64,000 nt of DNA. Origin: Harriotta raleighana (lineage: Eukaryota). Within the stretch, counting starts at the first letter, position 1. Each line of letters begins with the position of its first letter. Positions 12,470 to 23,250 of this stretch are shown in pieces. The DNA is taken from NCBI GenBank assembly GCA_050575255.1, contig JBNZDD010013489.1:221440-285439 (forward strand), given 5' to 3'. The notes below the pieces were generated by a model. It made no database searches. It was not told where the DNA came from and worked only from the letters and a program-made list of their open reading frames with translations. The position numbers and the translations under genes were made by a program.

Positions 12470-13509
12470 AAAAAATCTGTATTATGTATATATATATATA
12501 TATATTTACTGAATATATATATATTCAGTTGGTGTGTGTAATATACAGTAAACCTGGGGATGCAGAGGTGTATAATCCAGACCATAGACATAATAGGAAT
12601 AAGCTTGGTGCTCAGGGCTTTTGAACTCAACACAGAAAGACTGCACTTCAAAACAAATCGCCATTAACAGGCACGTTGCTGATTTTCTGAGCAATGTCAA
12701 AAGTTTAGAGTTCCGATCACACTATAAGTGAAGCTGCGTTACAATTAACACATAACAGAGTATACTCTATGTCTCCAGGCTTTAGTGTCTTGTCTTTTTT
12801 ATGTAAAAATATAAACTTTTAGAATAAACCAATAATAAAGTTTGACATTTTTTACAAACATCACTCTTCAGATTAGTATGCTTGATTAGTATGCTTGAAA
12901 ATGTTGTATTATCTGGATTGCAATGTGCACTCTTCCCTCTGGAAGGAAACCATCCTGTTTACTCAATCCTTACCAGGCACTGACTGGCAAGACCAAGCCA
13001 AGCCAAGGTCCTGGGTCCCCAGAGCATGTGTTGGGGGTACTGCTAGAATTCAACCAGCTAAAACCTCATCCAGGTAATGTGGGGCTTCGGCAAATAGACA
13101 TATCTATTGAAAGCTGACTTTCAAGGAGGATTGTGTGACAGAACCCACCCCCTTAGCCGAATGTTATCTGGGGGATTGATAGCCAGGCCTTGCATTTGAT
13201 ATATCTTGGTGCAAAGTATGCGTACTCTGAACAATAAATTGTATCTAGTGGCTTATCATGTCAATGTTTCACAGGATGCACTGTAAAGTGGACAAGCTGG
13301 AGCTGGCAAGATGTGTTCACAAATGATTCCCTGAAACATCTCCCTCTTGTGGCTCTTATCCTGAAAAGCAGCTAATTTGTCAATTAATAATCCTTTCCAG
13401 CATTGGTTCTAGACAGGAAGATGTCTCGAAGAGCTTCACAGGATTTATTGGAAAAGGTAGTGGGTGCATATTTTGTAGGCAACTTCAGCTGCAATACTTG
13501 TCCCCCAAT

Positions 13510-13625
13510 CCGGCTCAGTTATTAGCATTCACCTCCGAGTCAGAATATTGTGAATTCAAGTCCCACATCGGGATTTATGTCTAAGCTGACTCCAATGCAT
13601 CACTGGAGGGGTGGCATCTTGCAAT
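13510..13625 (+). mobile_element. Head of a second tRNA-derived SINE family (SacSINE1-like)
   Basis: GGCTCAGTTATTAGCATTCACCTCCGAGTCAGAATATTGTGAATTCAAGTCCCAC; related heads occur at about 1340-1480 (+) and 36500-36630 (-). The family name is from memory. Confidence 0.55.
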
Positions 13626-13892
13626 GGTTGGCAATCAGGGAAGGGAGAAATTGCACAGCATCTTTCACGTTACGAGGACCTCCTAAGGCGCTGGGCGGGC
13701 GGACAGCATTAATGCCATAGTGACAGTCATTAACAACAGCGACAACGCTCACGGCGAGATGATCTGGCTGTGTAGCTAAAGCCAGTGTTGTTAATGTTAT
13801 TAATAATAATAATTCTTGCATTCAACATAGCGGCTTTTCTAGACGTCTCGAAGAGCTTCACACAATACACTGGAAAGTGAATTGACTGTGTG

Positions 13893-13925
<33 letters not shown>

Positions 13926-14209
13926 TGGTGGGCAAAAGCCAATAAATTGCGCATGGCAGCGTCCCCACCAACAGTCATTGTAATGATGATGATAATAATT
14001 CAAATCATCCACCTCAACCGTCTCCCATAAACCACAAGTGTGCTTGTCTAATGGGTGTCCTTTCTCCCAAGGGACATGTTCCAAGGTTTGGGAGGGAAGA
14101 GAGAAAGGGGCGGGTGGGGGGGGGGGGGGGGNTCCCAAGGGACATGTTCCAAGGTTTGGGAGGGAAGAGAGAAAGGGGCGGGCGGGGGGGGGGGCGGTAA
14201 TGAGTGTAC

Positions 14210-14404
14210 TCTCGCGAGAGCAGGGACTGAAGACTCGTTGGGGGTTGCAATCTCGCGCGATTTTGTGTGTGTGTGTGTGCGTCGCGTAGTGTCGCGAGAT
14301 GTAAGACTGACGCCACGCGGGATTTAGCGGGCTGAAGTCTCGCGAGAGGTTGCCCGGGGAGGGCGGGCGGGAGGGAAGGAGAGGCGGCTGAGCTAAGATG
14401 GCGG
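14210..14404 (+). promoter_or_regulatory. PURB CpG-island promoter with four TCTCGCGAGA-type motifs and a YY1 motif over the start codon
   Basis: TCTCGCGAGA 14210-14219, TCTCGCGCGA 14251-14260, TGTCGCGAGA 14290-14299, TCTCGCGAGA 14338-14347; AAGATGGCGG 14395-14404. Confidence 0.7.
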
Positions 14405-15645
14405 AGGGCGACAGCGGGAGCGAGAGAGGCGGCGGCGGCGGCGGAGGAGGGAGCGGCGGGGGTGGAGGAGGGAGCGGCCTGTTGCTGCAGCAGCAACAGC
14501 AGCAGCAGGAGACCCAGGAGCTGGCCTCCAAGCGGGTGGACATCCAGAACAAGCGCTTCTACCTGGACGTCAAGCAGAACGCCAAGGGCCGCTTCATCAA
14601 GATCGCCGAGGTGGGGGCGGGCGGCAACAAGAGCCGCCTGACCCTGTCCATGGCGGTGGCCGCCGAGTTCCGCGACTACCTGGGCGACTTCATCGAGCAC
14701 TACGCGCAGCTAGGCCCGACCGACACCTCGGACTCGGCGGCGGGGGGAAGCGGCGGGATGAACTCGGACGAGCCGCGGAGGGCGCTGAAGAGCGAGTTCC
14801 TGGTGCGGGAGAACCGCAAGTACTACATGGACCTGAAGGAGAACCAGCGGGGCCGCTTCCTGCGCATCCGGCAGACGTTAAATCGAGGCCCAGGCTTAGG
14901 CGGCGCGCAAGGCCAGACCATCGCTCTGCCGGCCCAGGGGCTGATCGAGTTCAGGGACGCCCTGGCCAAACTGATCGACGACTACGGGGTGGACGAGGAG
15001 CCGTGCGGTCAGGCCGAGCTGCCCGAGGGCACGTCCATCACGGTGGACAGCAAGCGCTTCTTCTTCGACGTGGGCTCCAACAAGTACGGCGTGTTCATGC
15101 GGGTCAGCGAGGTCAAGCCGTCGTACAGGAACTCCATCACCGTCCCCTACAAGGCCTGGTCCAAGTTCGGCAGCGCCTTCAGCAAGTACGCCGAGGAGAT
15201 GAAGGAGATCCAGGTGAGGGGGTGAGGATGGCGGGGGGGGGGCTTGGTGATCTCTGCCCCTGATAATAATATATAATTATTAATTCAGGATTAATAAAAA
15301 ATAATGATAATGATTAATATTATTATTAATCATTAATAATTATTATTGGTGATGTTGATTATTAATTATATGTTGTTATTATTATTACCTCAGTGGTTAG
15401 AGCTTTACGAGCGTCGAGACCCGCGTTCGAATCCTGGCAGGTCAGAGCGAAATCTTGGGCAGGTTTCCTTACTCCACGCGCACGAGCGAGGGAGCGCAGG
15501 CCTGATAATAATCCGTACCAAAAAAAAAACACGATAAGAAAAATTGGGTCGTTTTCCATCCGTTGGGTCATTTTCCCTCCGCGGCTGTTCGTGTGGGGGA
15601 CGTTGCCACTGTACGTAATTGGCTGCCGCGTTTCGCCCACAAAAG

Positions 15646-15678
<33 letters not shown>

Positions 15679-17582
15679 GTTCGATTCACTTTACGGTATA
15701 TTTTGTGAAGCGTTTTTTGAGACGTCGAGAAGACGCAAGTATCAAAATATTGATATTAAATATTATAATATTAAAGTATTATTATTTGATGTGGAGCCTT
15801 TATGAGGTTCGGTTCCATGTTGTGTTCAACCCACCACATTCCATGAATTCAGTGAAGTGCATTGAGACGTCCTCCGGATCTGAAGGGCACTGTATGGAAA
15901 ATAATAGTCAGAATAGTCATCTTTGCATTAGATGTAGTGCTTCACCATGTCATCGAGAGGTCTCAAAGCGTTTCACAAAATATTCTGTAAAGTGAATTGA
16001 CTGTATATATGTGGGCGAAACGCGGCAGCCACAAACAGACGCGGATTGAGTTGACCAATTTATTATTGTGTGGTTTTTTTGAGGGGTTATTGTTATTAGG
16101 AGTAAGGAAACTTGCCCAAGGTATAGCCCTGCCTGGAATCGAACCCAGGTTTCTCGCTTGTAAGGTGAGTGCTACAGGACTCCGGTAATAGTAAGAATCA
16201 TCCTTAGATTTGATAAGAGAGTTTTATCACATCATCGATGCAGATGCTGGGTTGGAGTGTATCAAAAGCTGAAATAGTAAAAAAGCTGCCATTTGATGCA
16301 ACCGTATCATGTTGGATGTATACTAAAGTGTAGTGACTGTATTTTGTGGGGGAAAAGTAGAGCCAGTGTCCCGCAATGCCCCACAAACTGGCATGGAGGG
16401 AGTGACCAATTTTATTTGGGAAATTGTCAGCCAGGAGACCGGGAGAGAGAAATAATGCCGTGGGATTTTTATGATAACCTGAATTGGCTCAGGACAGAAC
16501 TGTAATGTCTAAAGACTGTATATTTGGTAAGGAATGAATAACAACTCTATATTTGTTAGTCAAACGTGATCCAAAATTAAATTTATACAAATGTACATTG
16601 ATATGGATCTTTTTCATGTGGGTAGGATTTGATTACGCTTAACATTTAATTAATCTTTAAATAAAGTTTTCTGATACGCCAAAGGGCTTTCTAATCCCTT
16701 GCCTTTGATATCATGTCAAAAGCGCTTCACAGGATGTAGTGTAAAGAGAATTGACTGCATTTTATGGGCGAAACACGGCGCATAGAGGTGTGCCACAAAT
16801 AGACGTGAAATAAGAAAACTTCTAATATTTCGCCCTGCTCGGGAATCAAACCCAGGTCCACTCACTTGCGAGGCGAGCGCTCCGACCACTGACCTACAGG
16901 ACTCGAGGGCAAAATTTCAAAAGGGCAAATAGCCCAAATAATCCTACCATGTTATAAACTACTGGTGTGACTGCACTTGAAATACCATGTGTAGTTCTGG
17001 TCAGCTCCGCATGAACAGGATATTGCAGCGAATAAGAGGATACAGAGGAGGTCAACCAAAATGATTGAGGGGGTGGAGGGATGGGAATACGAGAAGCCAT
17101 CAGGTAAACTGGCCATGTTCGTCCTGGAGAATAGATGGTTGAGGGGCGATTGTGATCTTGGTAAGACACTGAACGGATCATGATACGGTTTTTTATCTGG
17201 TCGGAGCAGAACCAGAGGACACAGCCTGCGATTGAAGGGAGATAAATTTAATATAAATCTGCTAATGAACTCCTTCAGTAAGCGAGTGATAAGCATATGA
17301 AACAGGCTGACTTGGTGGAAGCAGAAAATGTTGTTTGTTTCAAGAACAATTTAAATGGAGAATAATGTCTGGGTATACCATGGATAGTTTGGGACAGGAC
17401 AATGTGAAGCGACTGGCAGGATGGTGGAAGGTGAACAGGATGGACGTTGGGCTTCTTTCATCTAACAATTCTTCATTTATGTTCTTATCCAGGACAAACA
17501 CCGGGATAAAATGCTGTTCGATAGGCGAGGAGGGGGTGAAGGAACCGAGGATTCCGATGGAGAAGATGCGGATGACGATTGA
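14398..17582 (+). CDS. PURB: Transcriptional regulator Pur-beta, 2 coding exons, 301 aa
   Basis: Exon 1 (14398-15213) holds the three PUR repeats ([20 protein letters not shown]...) and ends at donor CAG|GTGAGG. Exon 2 (17493-17582) encodes [29 protein letters not shown], matching the PURB acidic C-terminus. The N-terminus [14 protein letters not shown] and the motif TSITVDSK are PURB-type. Confidence 0.88.
15918..16183 (-). mobile_element. tRNA-derived SINE in the PURB intron, inverted relative to the copy at about 15388-15760
   Basis: Tail, core and head consensus in minus orientation, ending CTACAGGACTCC. Confidence 0.8.
16905..17486 (+). mobile_element. CR1-clade LINE 3' portion (ORF2 C-terminus plus 3' tail) in the PURB intron
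   Basis: Degenerate translation [40 protein letters not shown]...[13 protein letters not shown]...FSKRVI matches the CR1 ORF2 C-terminus; it ends in a TATGTTCTT-type tail at the splice acceptor. Confidence 0.8.
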
Positions 17583-20289
17583 AAAGGAGAGGGGGGAAAA
17601 ATGAGTAACGGTCTTTTTACAAATGCTTAAAAGATAAAAATTTAAATGAAATCAATCAGACAAAACAAGAGAAAACGCAACAAAAAAAAGAAAGAAAAAG
17701 AAATCGAGAGAAAGAAATAGAAATCAGATAATAAAGGAGTACAAAAAAAAATTGGGGTTTATTCGGGACGATTCGATTGTGAAGAAAAAGAAGACGTTTT
17801 ATTTTTTTAAAAATTGGGTTATTGGGTTGATTTGATTGCGATTTTTTGATTCGATTGGAAAGACGAGAAACTTTTAAACTGGCACACACACAAAAAAAAG
17901 GAAAGTTGAAGACAAATTAAAGAGGGAAAGAGAATGAAAAAAAGTGAAATCACATCGATAGTTTTTTTTTGTTGGGGATAAACCGTTATATCACTGATTT
18001 GAGCAGTCAAAAAGTCATCATTTTTTAAAAAGGAGGAAATGAGAAACGACTTGCAACTTAAAACAGATAATAAATATATATTATTACGAGCGAGAGAGGG
18101 AAAAAAGAAAAAAAAGGCGAGTTATTCGGAAGGAAGATGTGGATTCGTGCAAAATACACACTGTTGTTTGTGGAAAAGCGTCGTTATCACTGAAACATCA
18201 GCAATTCAGACCAGAAAGAGGATAAACATGAGTTTCAATAATAATAACACAAAAATAAGAGGAAAGTTCCTACGGGGGGGGGGGAAACGGAAGATAAAAA
18301 GAAGCGACAAAATATGACCTGAACAGGAGAGAGAAAATGAATCGGATCACTGAAGCCAGCAACAATTCAAGAAGATATCTTTTCATACAAGAAAAAAAGG
18401 TCTTATGAAAAAAAAATGTTTTAAGTTTATTTTAAATACTGGACAATCGAGACGATTTTTTTAAGACAAAAAAAATTGTTTTCGTTTCTAAAATATTTCT
18501 TTATATCTTTTATGATTAAAAAAAACACAAATCTTGTTTCTTACGTGGAAAAAAATTGCAACGGTTTTTGAATTAGTGAGAGGGAGGGAGGGAGAGAGCA
18601 ATAAATTTATAGCGGTTTAATTGCTTCCGTTAATAGAATGCGGAAGGACAGTCCTGGTTGCAGATGGTTCCAGCTGTCAGGGTTAGCATGCAGATAAGGA
18701 GTGAGGTGAGTTCAGAATAAGGAGAATAACGTGGCTTGTTTCTGTTTGTGAACTTGTTCCTCAAGTCGTGCAGTTTACAGTATTTTGGGCTATGTTAAAT
18801 CGCCGCAGTGTGGAAATTCTGCTGCTAGTCTGAACATGTTAACCTCGTTAGTAAAGACTTATTGTAACTAGCTCTGGAGCTACTGTGCAAAACAGAGAGA
18901 TGAGACAGCATGTCAAGCCTTGTAAGACATACTTTTTTGTTGTTGTTTTTTAAGTTTATTTTTTATTAACTGATATCCAGACAGTACGAATTGACTTTTC
19001 CAGATATGAGAATGTGCATTTGCTTTTAAAATTGAATTATTGTATCGCAAAGTTACTTCGCTTACTTAAACACCCCCCTTCTATTTCCCAAGAAAGAAAA
19101 CATTTATGTACTGCACACCACAAAACGATTTAGATGTTGGATAAGATAGGCAACACAATTGATCTGTTTAACCTTAGCACAAACTATTGCTATAAAGGGA
19201 TCAATAATTTTTTCCTTGTGTTTTTTTTATTTCAAATAGTGCAGGAATGTTAGTTTGATTTATTTTTGAGTTTTTTGTTAATTTTTTTTCTGGCTGCCTA
19301 TTTATTTATTATTTTTTTTGCAGTATTTTCCCTTTGGAAAAAGCTCTCAAAGGGTTTCATTAAGAGTGGAGACATTTCCTGCCTGATTGTGTGAGTTGCT
19401 GGTTTAGATGTGAATCGTTGTGCAAAGAAACACCCGTCTCTACGAGACAACTTACCTTTCGCTGTTTTTTCCCCTCAAAAAAAATCTGCTCCTTTTAAAA
19501 CTCAACAACGTACCCACTTCCTTCCCACCCTTCCCCCCCGAGCAAGCTCTCTATAAGTTGTGTTCTGCGTTGTAGACTAAACGTGTAGGAGCGAGAGTGG
19601 GGTTACGTTTCAGGATTTGTGCACCTCTCGTTTCACAGCTGATCGGCTTAAGAGTTTGAATGTTGAGAGAAAAGGAATGTTGACACCTCTGAGAACATGG
19701 ATACCATTTAGAGGCTGTTTTGGGGTGGGGGGCGAAAACTTGGGACGTTGTTGTATATCTAAATCATCCACATAGGCTCTTGCCAGAGTCATGTGTTGGT
19801 GGGTGGGGTGGGGGTGGGTCCTATTCGCATGGGGTATGTGGTTGGGAATTTTGAGGCAATAAAGTCTACAGGGAGGGAGAGTGTTGTGGGGGGGAGGGGG
19901 GGGGGGGGTGGGGGGGAGGAAATGGGGTTAAGATCTACAATTGGCCAGGGACAATTTAATGCGATGTAAAATCCAGTCTGAGAGAACAACACTTTCTTGG
20001 CTGTGGGAGATGTGGTGATGGATGTGGAGGTCAGTGCCCCCCCCCCCATCACCCCCCGCATGACATAGCATAGCACCCGTGTGTTCCTGTCTCTTCCGCC
20101 CCCCCCCCTTATTGGGAGGTGGGTGAGATGCTGTACGAATGGATGGACCATGGGGGTCTGGTAGAAGGTGCTGTCACTTTATCCTCTTGTCGACAATGTG
20201 AGAGTTTTCTACTGCGTTTGGTTTGTAGGAGGGACGGACGGATATGGGGGGATTGAATTTGTTTCACTTCAACTGTCATCTGTTTTTCC

Positions 20290-20670
20290 ATGCTCTTTCC
20301 TTCACTCTTTCCCATCCTCTCTTTCCCCCCCTCCCATCATCTCTCTTCACCCCTCCCATCCTCTCTCTTTCCCCCTTCCCATTCTCTCTCTTTCCCCCTT
20401 CCCATTCTCTCTCTTTCCCCCTCCCATCCTCTCTCTTTCCCCCTCTCACATCCTCTCTCTTTCTCCCCTCCCATTCTCTCTCTTTCCCCCCCTCCCATCC
20501 TCTCTCTTTCCCCCCTCCCATCCTCTCTCTTTCCACCCCCTCCCATCATCTCTCTTTCTCCCCTCCCATCATCTCTCTTTCTCCCCTCCCATCAACTCTC
20601 TTTCTCCCCTCCCATCCTCTCTCTTTCCCCCTTCCCATATCTCTTTTCTCCTTTCCATCCTCTCCTTACT
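20290..20670 (+). repeat. Polypyrimidine minisatellite, unit about CCCTCCCATCCTCTCTCTTTCC
   Basis: Tandem degenerate units of about 23 bp, nearly purine-free on the + strand. Confidence 0.9.
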
Positions 20671-23181
20671 TTACACATCCACTGACTGAACCATAACCCC
20701 CACTCCAACCCCCCTTGAGTATTTCCTTTAACCCGGATGAGTTTCTGTTGTGTAAATCCCACCAGTTCTCCACAGCAAAGAAAGTGTTTTCTCTCAACAC
20801 AAGTGCAATAGACTCCTTTTCCCAATGGGATTCGTTTGAATTGATTGAGGTGGGGCGGGGGGGGGGGAGGGAAGGGAGGGGGGGGGGGGGGGTGGGGGCT
20901 ATACTTACATAGACAGCGAAGCCGCTGTTTCCTAATCTCTTGGTCACTTTGTGGGGGTTCCAGCCCCCAGTGAAAATTATGTTTGCTTTTCAAATTGTTC
21001 ACAGCAGCTGATCAGATCTCAAAAGGCCTGGCTTTACTGTCGAGAGATTTTAATCTTCCCTCCGCTCGGAGAGAGAAGCCCTTCACAAGGATATGTGTGA
21101 CAAGGCTGATGACTTCAAACTCTGCTGATTATCGTGTCAGTTATCTGGCTAGCCAGCATTTTTTTCCACCCACACTCAGGGTGTGGAAACACTCCATCTT
21201 GGGGGCATTTGCCCCCCATCGTAACCACACTCCAATTCCACACTGACGTGCCCTGCAGTGCCCGGTACAGCAAAACTCTACTGGCAAAATATGGAGGTCA
21301 AGACTTGGGTGCTACCAACTCCCAATGCAAGTCGCTTATGTGTTTTTTTTGTGCCTAAAACAGATCGATTCCAGCACACAGAGACACCAAAGGAGGATAT
21401 TTTGACCAATTCTAAATTCTTTTTTTTATATCCTTCTTAAACAAAAAGGGCCCAAATTTGATAGGTTTTTGCTCCCACAAACCTGGATGTCATAGTCACA
21501 TCGTGTTAAATGTCCGACTCAAGTCAGGCAGCTCTTGTGAAAACGCTTCTATTGTCAGAAGGATCCGAAGCAGAAGGAAATTGAATTCTCTCTATATAAC
21601 GTGGCCTTTCCAGATTTCATGCTGCAGATTAGATTTATTTACTCAAATATGGGAGGTGGGTGGGGGGGTGTATGGGGTGGGGGAAGAGATTACCAAATCC
21701 TTTAGATTGATGTTCTCGAGGCTGAAATTGAAATTAAGGTGTATTTCAGAAAATACGTGGTCTATGTTATGCGGAGAGCTAATGTATAGAAAAGGAAAAA
21801 AAATACTCACTATAGGCTTCTGTGCTGGTTGTCAACACATTTCTCAGCTATCTTATCACTGGACGAAGTGATTGGAACATAAATTGAACTAGCTTTACTA
21901 GTGGAACCGGTAGACTGGCACCTTCAGAAACCCTCTTCAGTAGCTGGTAGCCCTAAGCTATCAGCTCACCGTACTCTTTCTGTCAACATCTTTTTAATGT
22001 GGTCACTCAACCCACAACTTTTTGTGAGACGCTGCTGTGTACAATTGGCTGCTGCGTTTCACCCACAAAATTTACAGTAGGTTTTATTTACAGTATATCC
22101 TGTGAAGCGCATTGAGATGCCTCCCAAGACGGGATGAGACGCTGTATCAAACGTAAGGATTATTTTTATGTTAGTATTCCTCTCCCACTACCCAAAAAGG
22201 TTATTCAGTTAACCAATACTTTAAATTTGTTTTGAGTTACACCTTGGTTTTTGACACCATCGTAACTGCCAGGAACTGTTTTGGACAATCTAATCAACCA
22301 ATCATTTGGGTTACATGTTAAGGGCGGAGGTAGGAACTTTGTAGCTGTAATTTAGAGGTGGTCTGATCTGCAGCCATTAGTTTTTATAAGAATTTGCTCT
22401 ATATAAGGCGATCACCTAATTGACCTTCCACCGTCCCGACAGTCACTTGATGTGTGGTGTCCCAAACTATACAGTAAGTTGTTAGTCTATGCGGGGGCTG
22501 TTTGACTGAGCTGCCATTGGGCTGTGACTGAAGCAGGCTGCTTAAGTTCCACTAGTAAAGCTATAACCTGATGATTCTGTGCCCTGCGGATGTGACTGTT
22601 TCTCTGTGGGGGTGCAGGCAGGGTGGGCGGGCACACCCAATTGAGGATAGGCTGTGGATAGACTTTGATTCAACGAGCAGGCCGGAGCTTGGAATGTCAT
22701 GATATGAAACTGCAGTGGGTTATCAATCCAGATTACACGCAAACTCTTTCCTCCCTCACTTCTATCCAGGGTTCAACCTGTTTCCCAACAGCCTTGAATA
22801 TAACATCCAAACCAAGACACCCTTGAATGCGTGACCTTGCTGCTCCCACTTACAGAAGATTTTTGCCTCTTGATTAAAAACACTTTGCTAATCGGGCCCC
22901 AGGATTCTGTGCTGTACATCCCCACTGTACTGGTCTCTGATTCTACCAGTTTTAAACACAGTGCCTGCCCCTCCATCAGTATTTTGTTACTTCAAATGGC
23001 TCAGGTGTTAGATCCAGAGTGTGGAGGTGTGCAGCAATACCTATAATGTGTCCAGGTTAGCTGGGAGAAATGTTCCAGTCAGCCTTTGAGCTCTACACCC
23101 GTCGTGTTGGTGTAATAACCACACTAAGAATGATAGGTTCAATTTGTTTCCATTAACAAAAGTGAAACTTCTTCTCTCCCC

Positions 23182-23250
23182 NNNNNNNNNNNNNNNNNNN
23201 NNNNNNNNNNNNNNNNNNNNNNNNNNNNNNNNNNNNNNNNNNNNNNNNNN
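23182..23250. other. Assembly gap (N run)
   Basis: 69 consecutive N. Confidence 0.99.

Noticed and set aside
13839-14700. Minus-strand ORFs overlapping the PURB promoter and exon 1
   Set aside because: Antisense frames of a GC-rich CDS and CpG island, spanning an assembly N.
15388-15445. tRNA-like sequences (also about 7800-7885, 34570-34642 and 45205-45280)
   Set aside because: These are SINE heads with broken acceptor stems, followed by SINE body; not tRNA genes.
20168-20696. Long Pro/Ser/Leu-rich ORFs (also 30955-31725 and 31103-31555)
   Set aside because: Translations of the low-complexity minisatellites.
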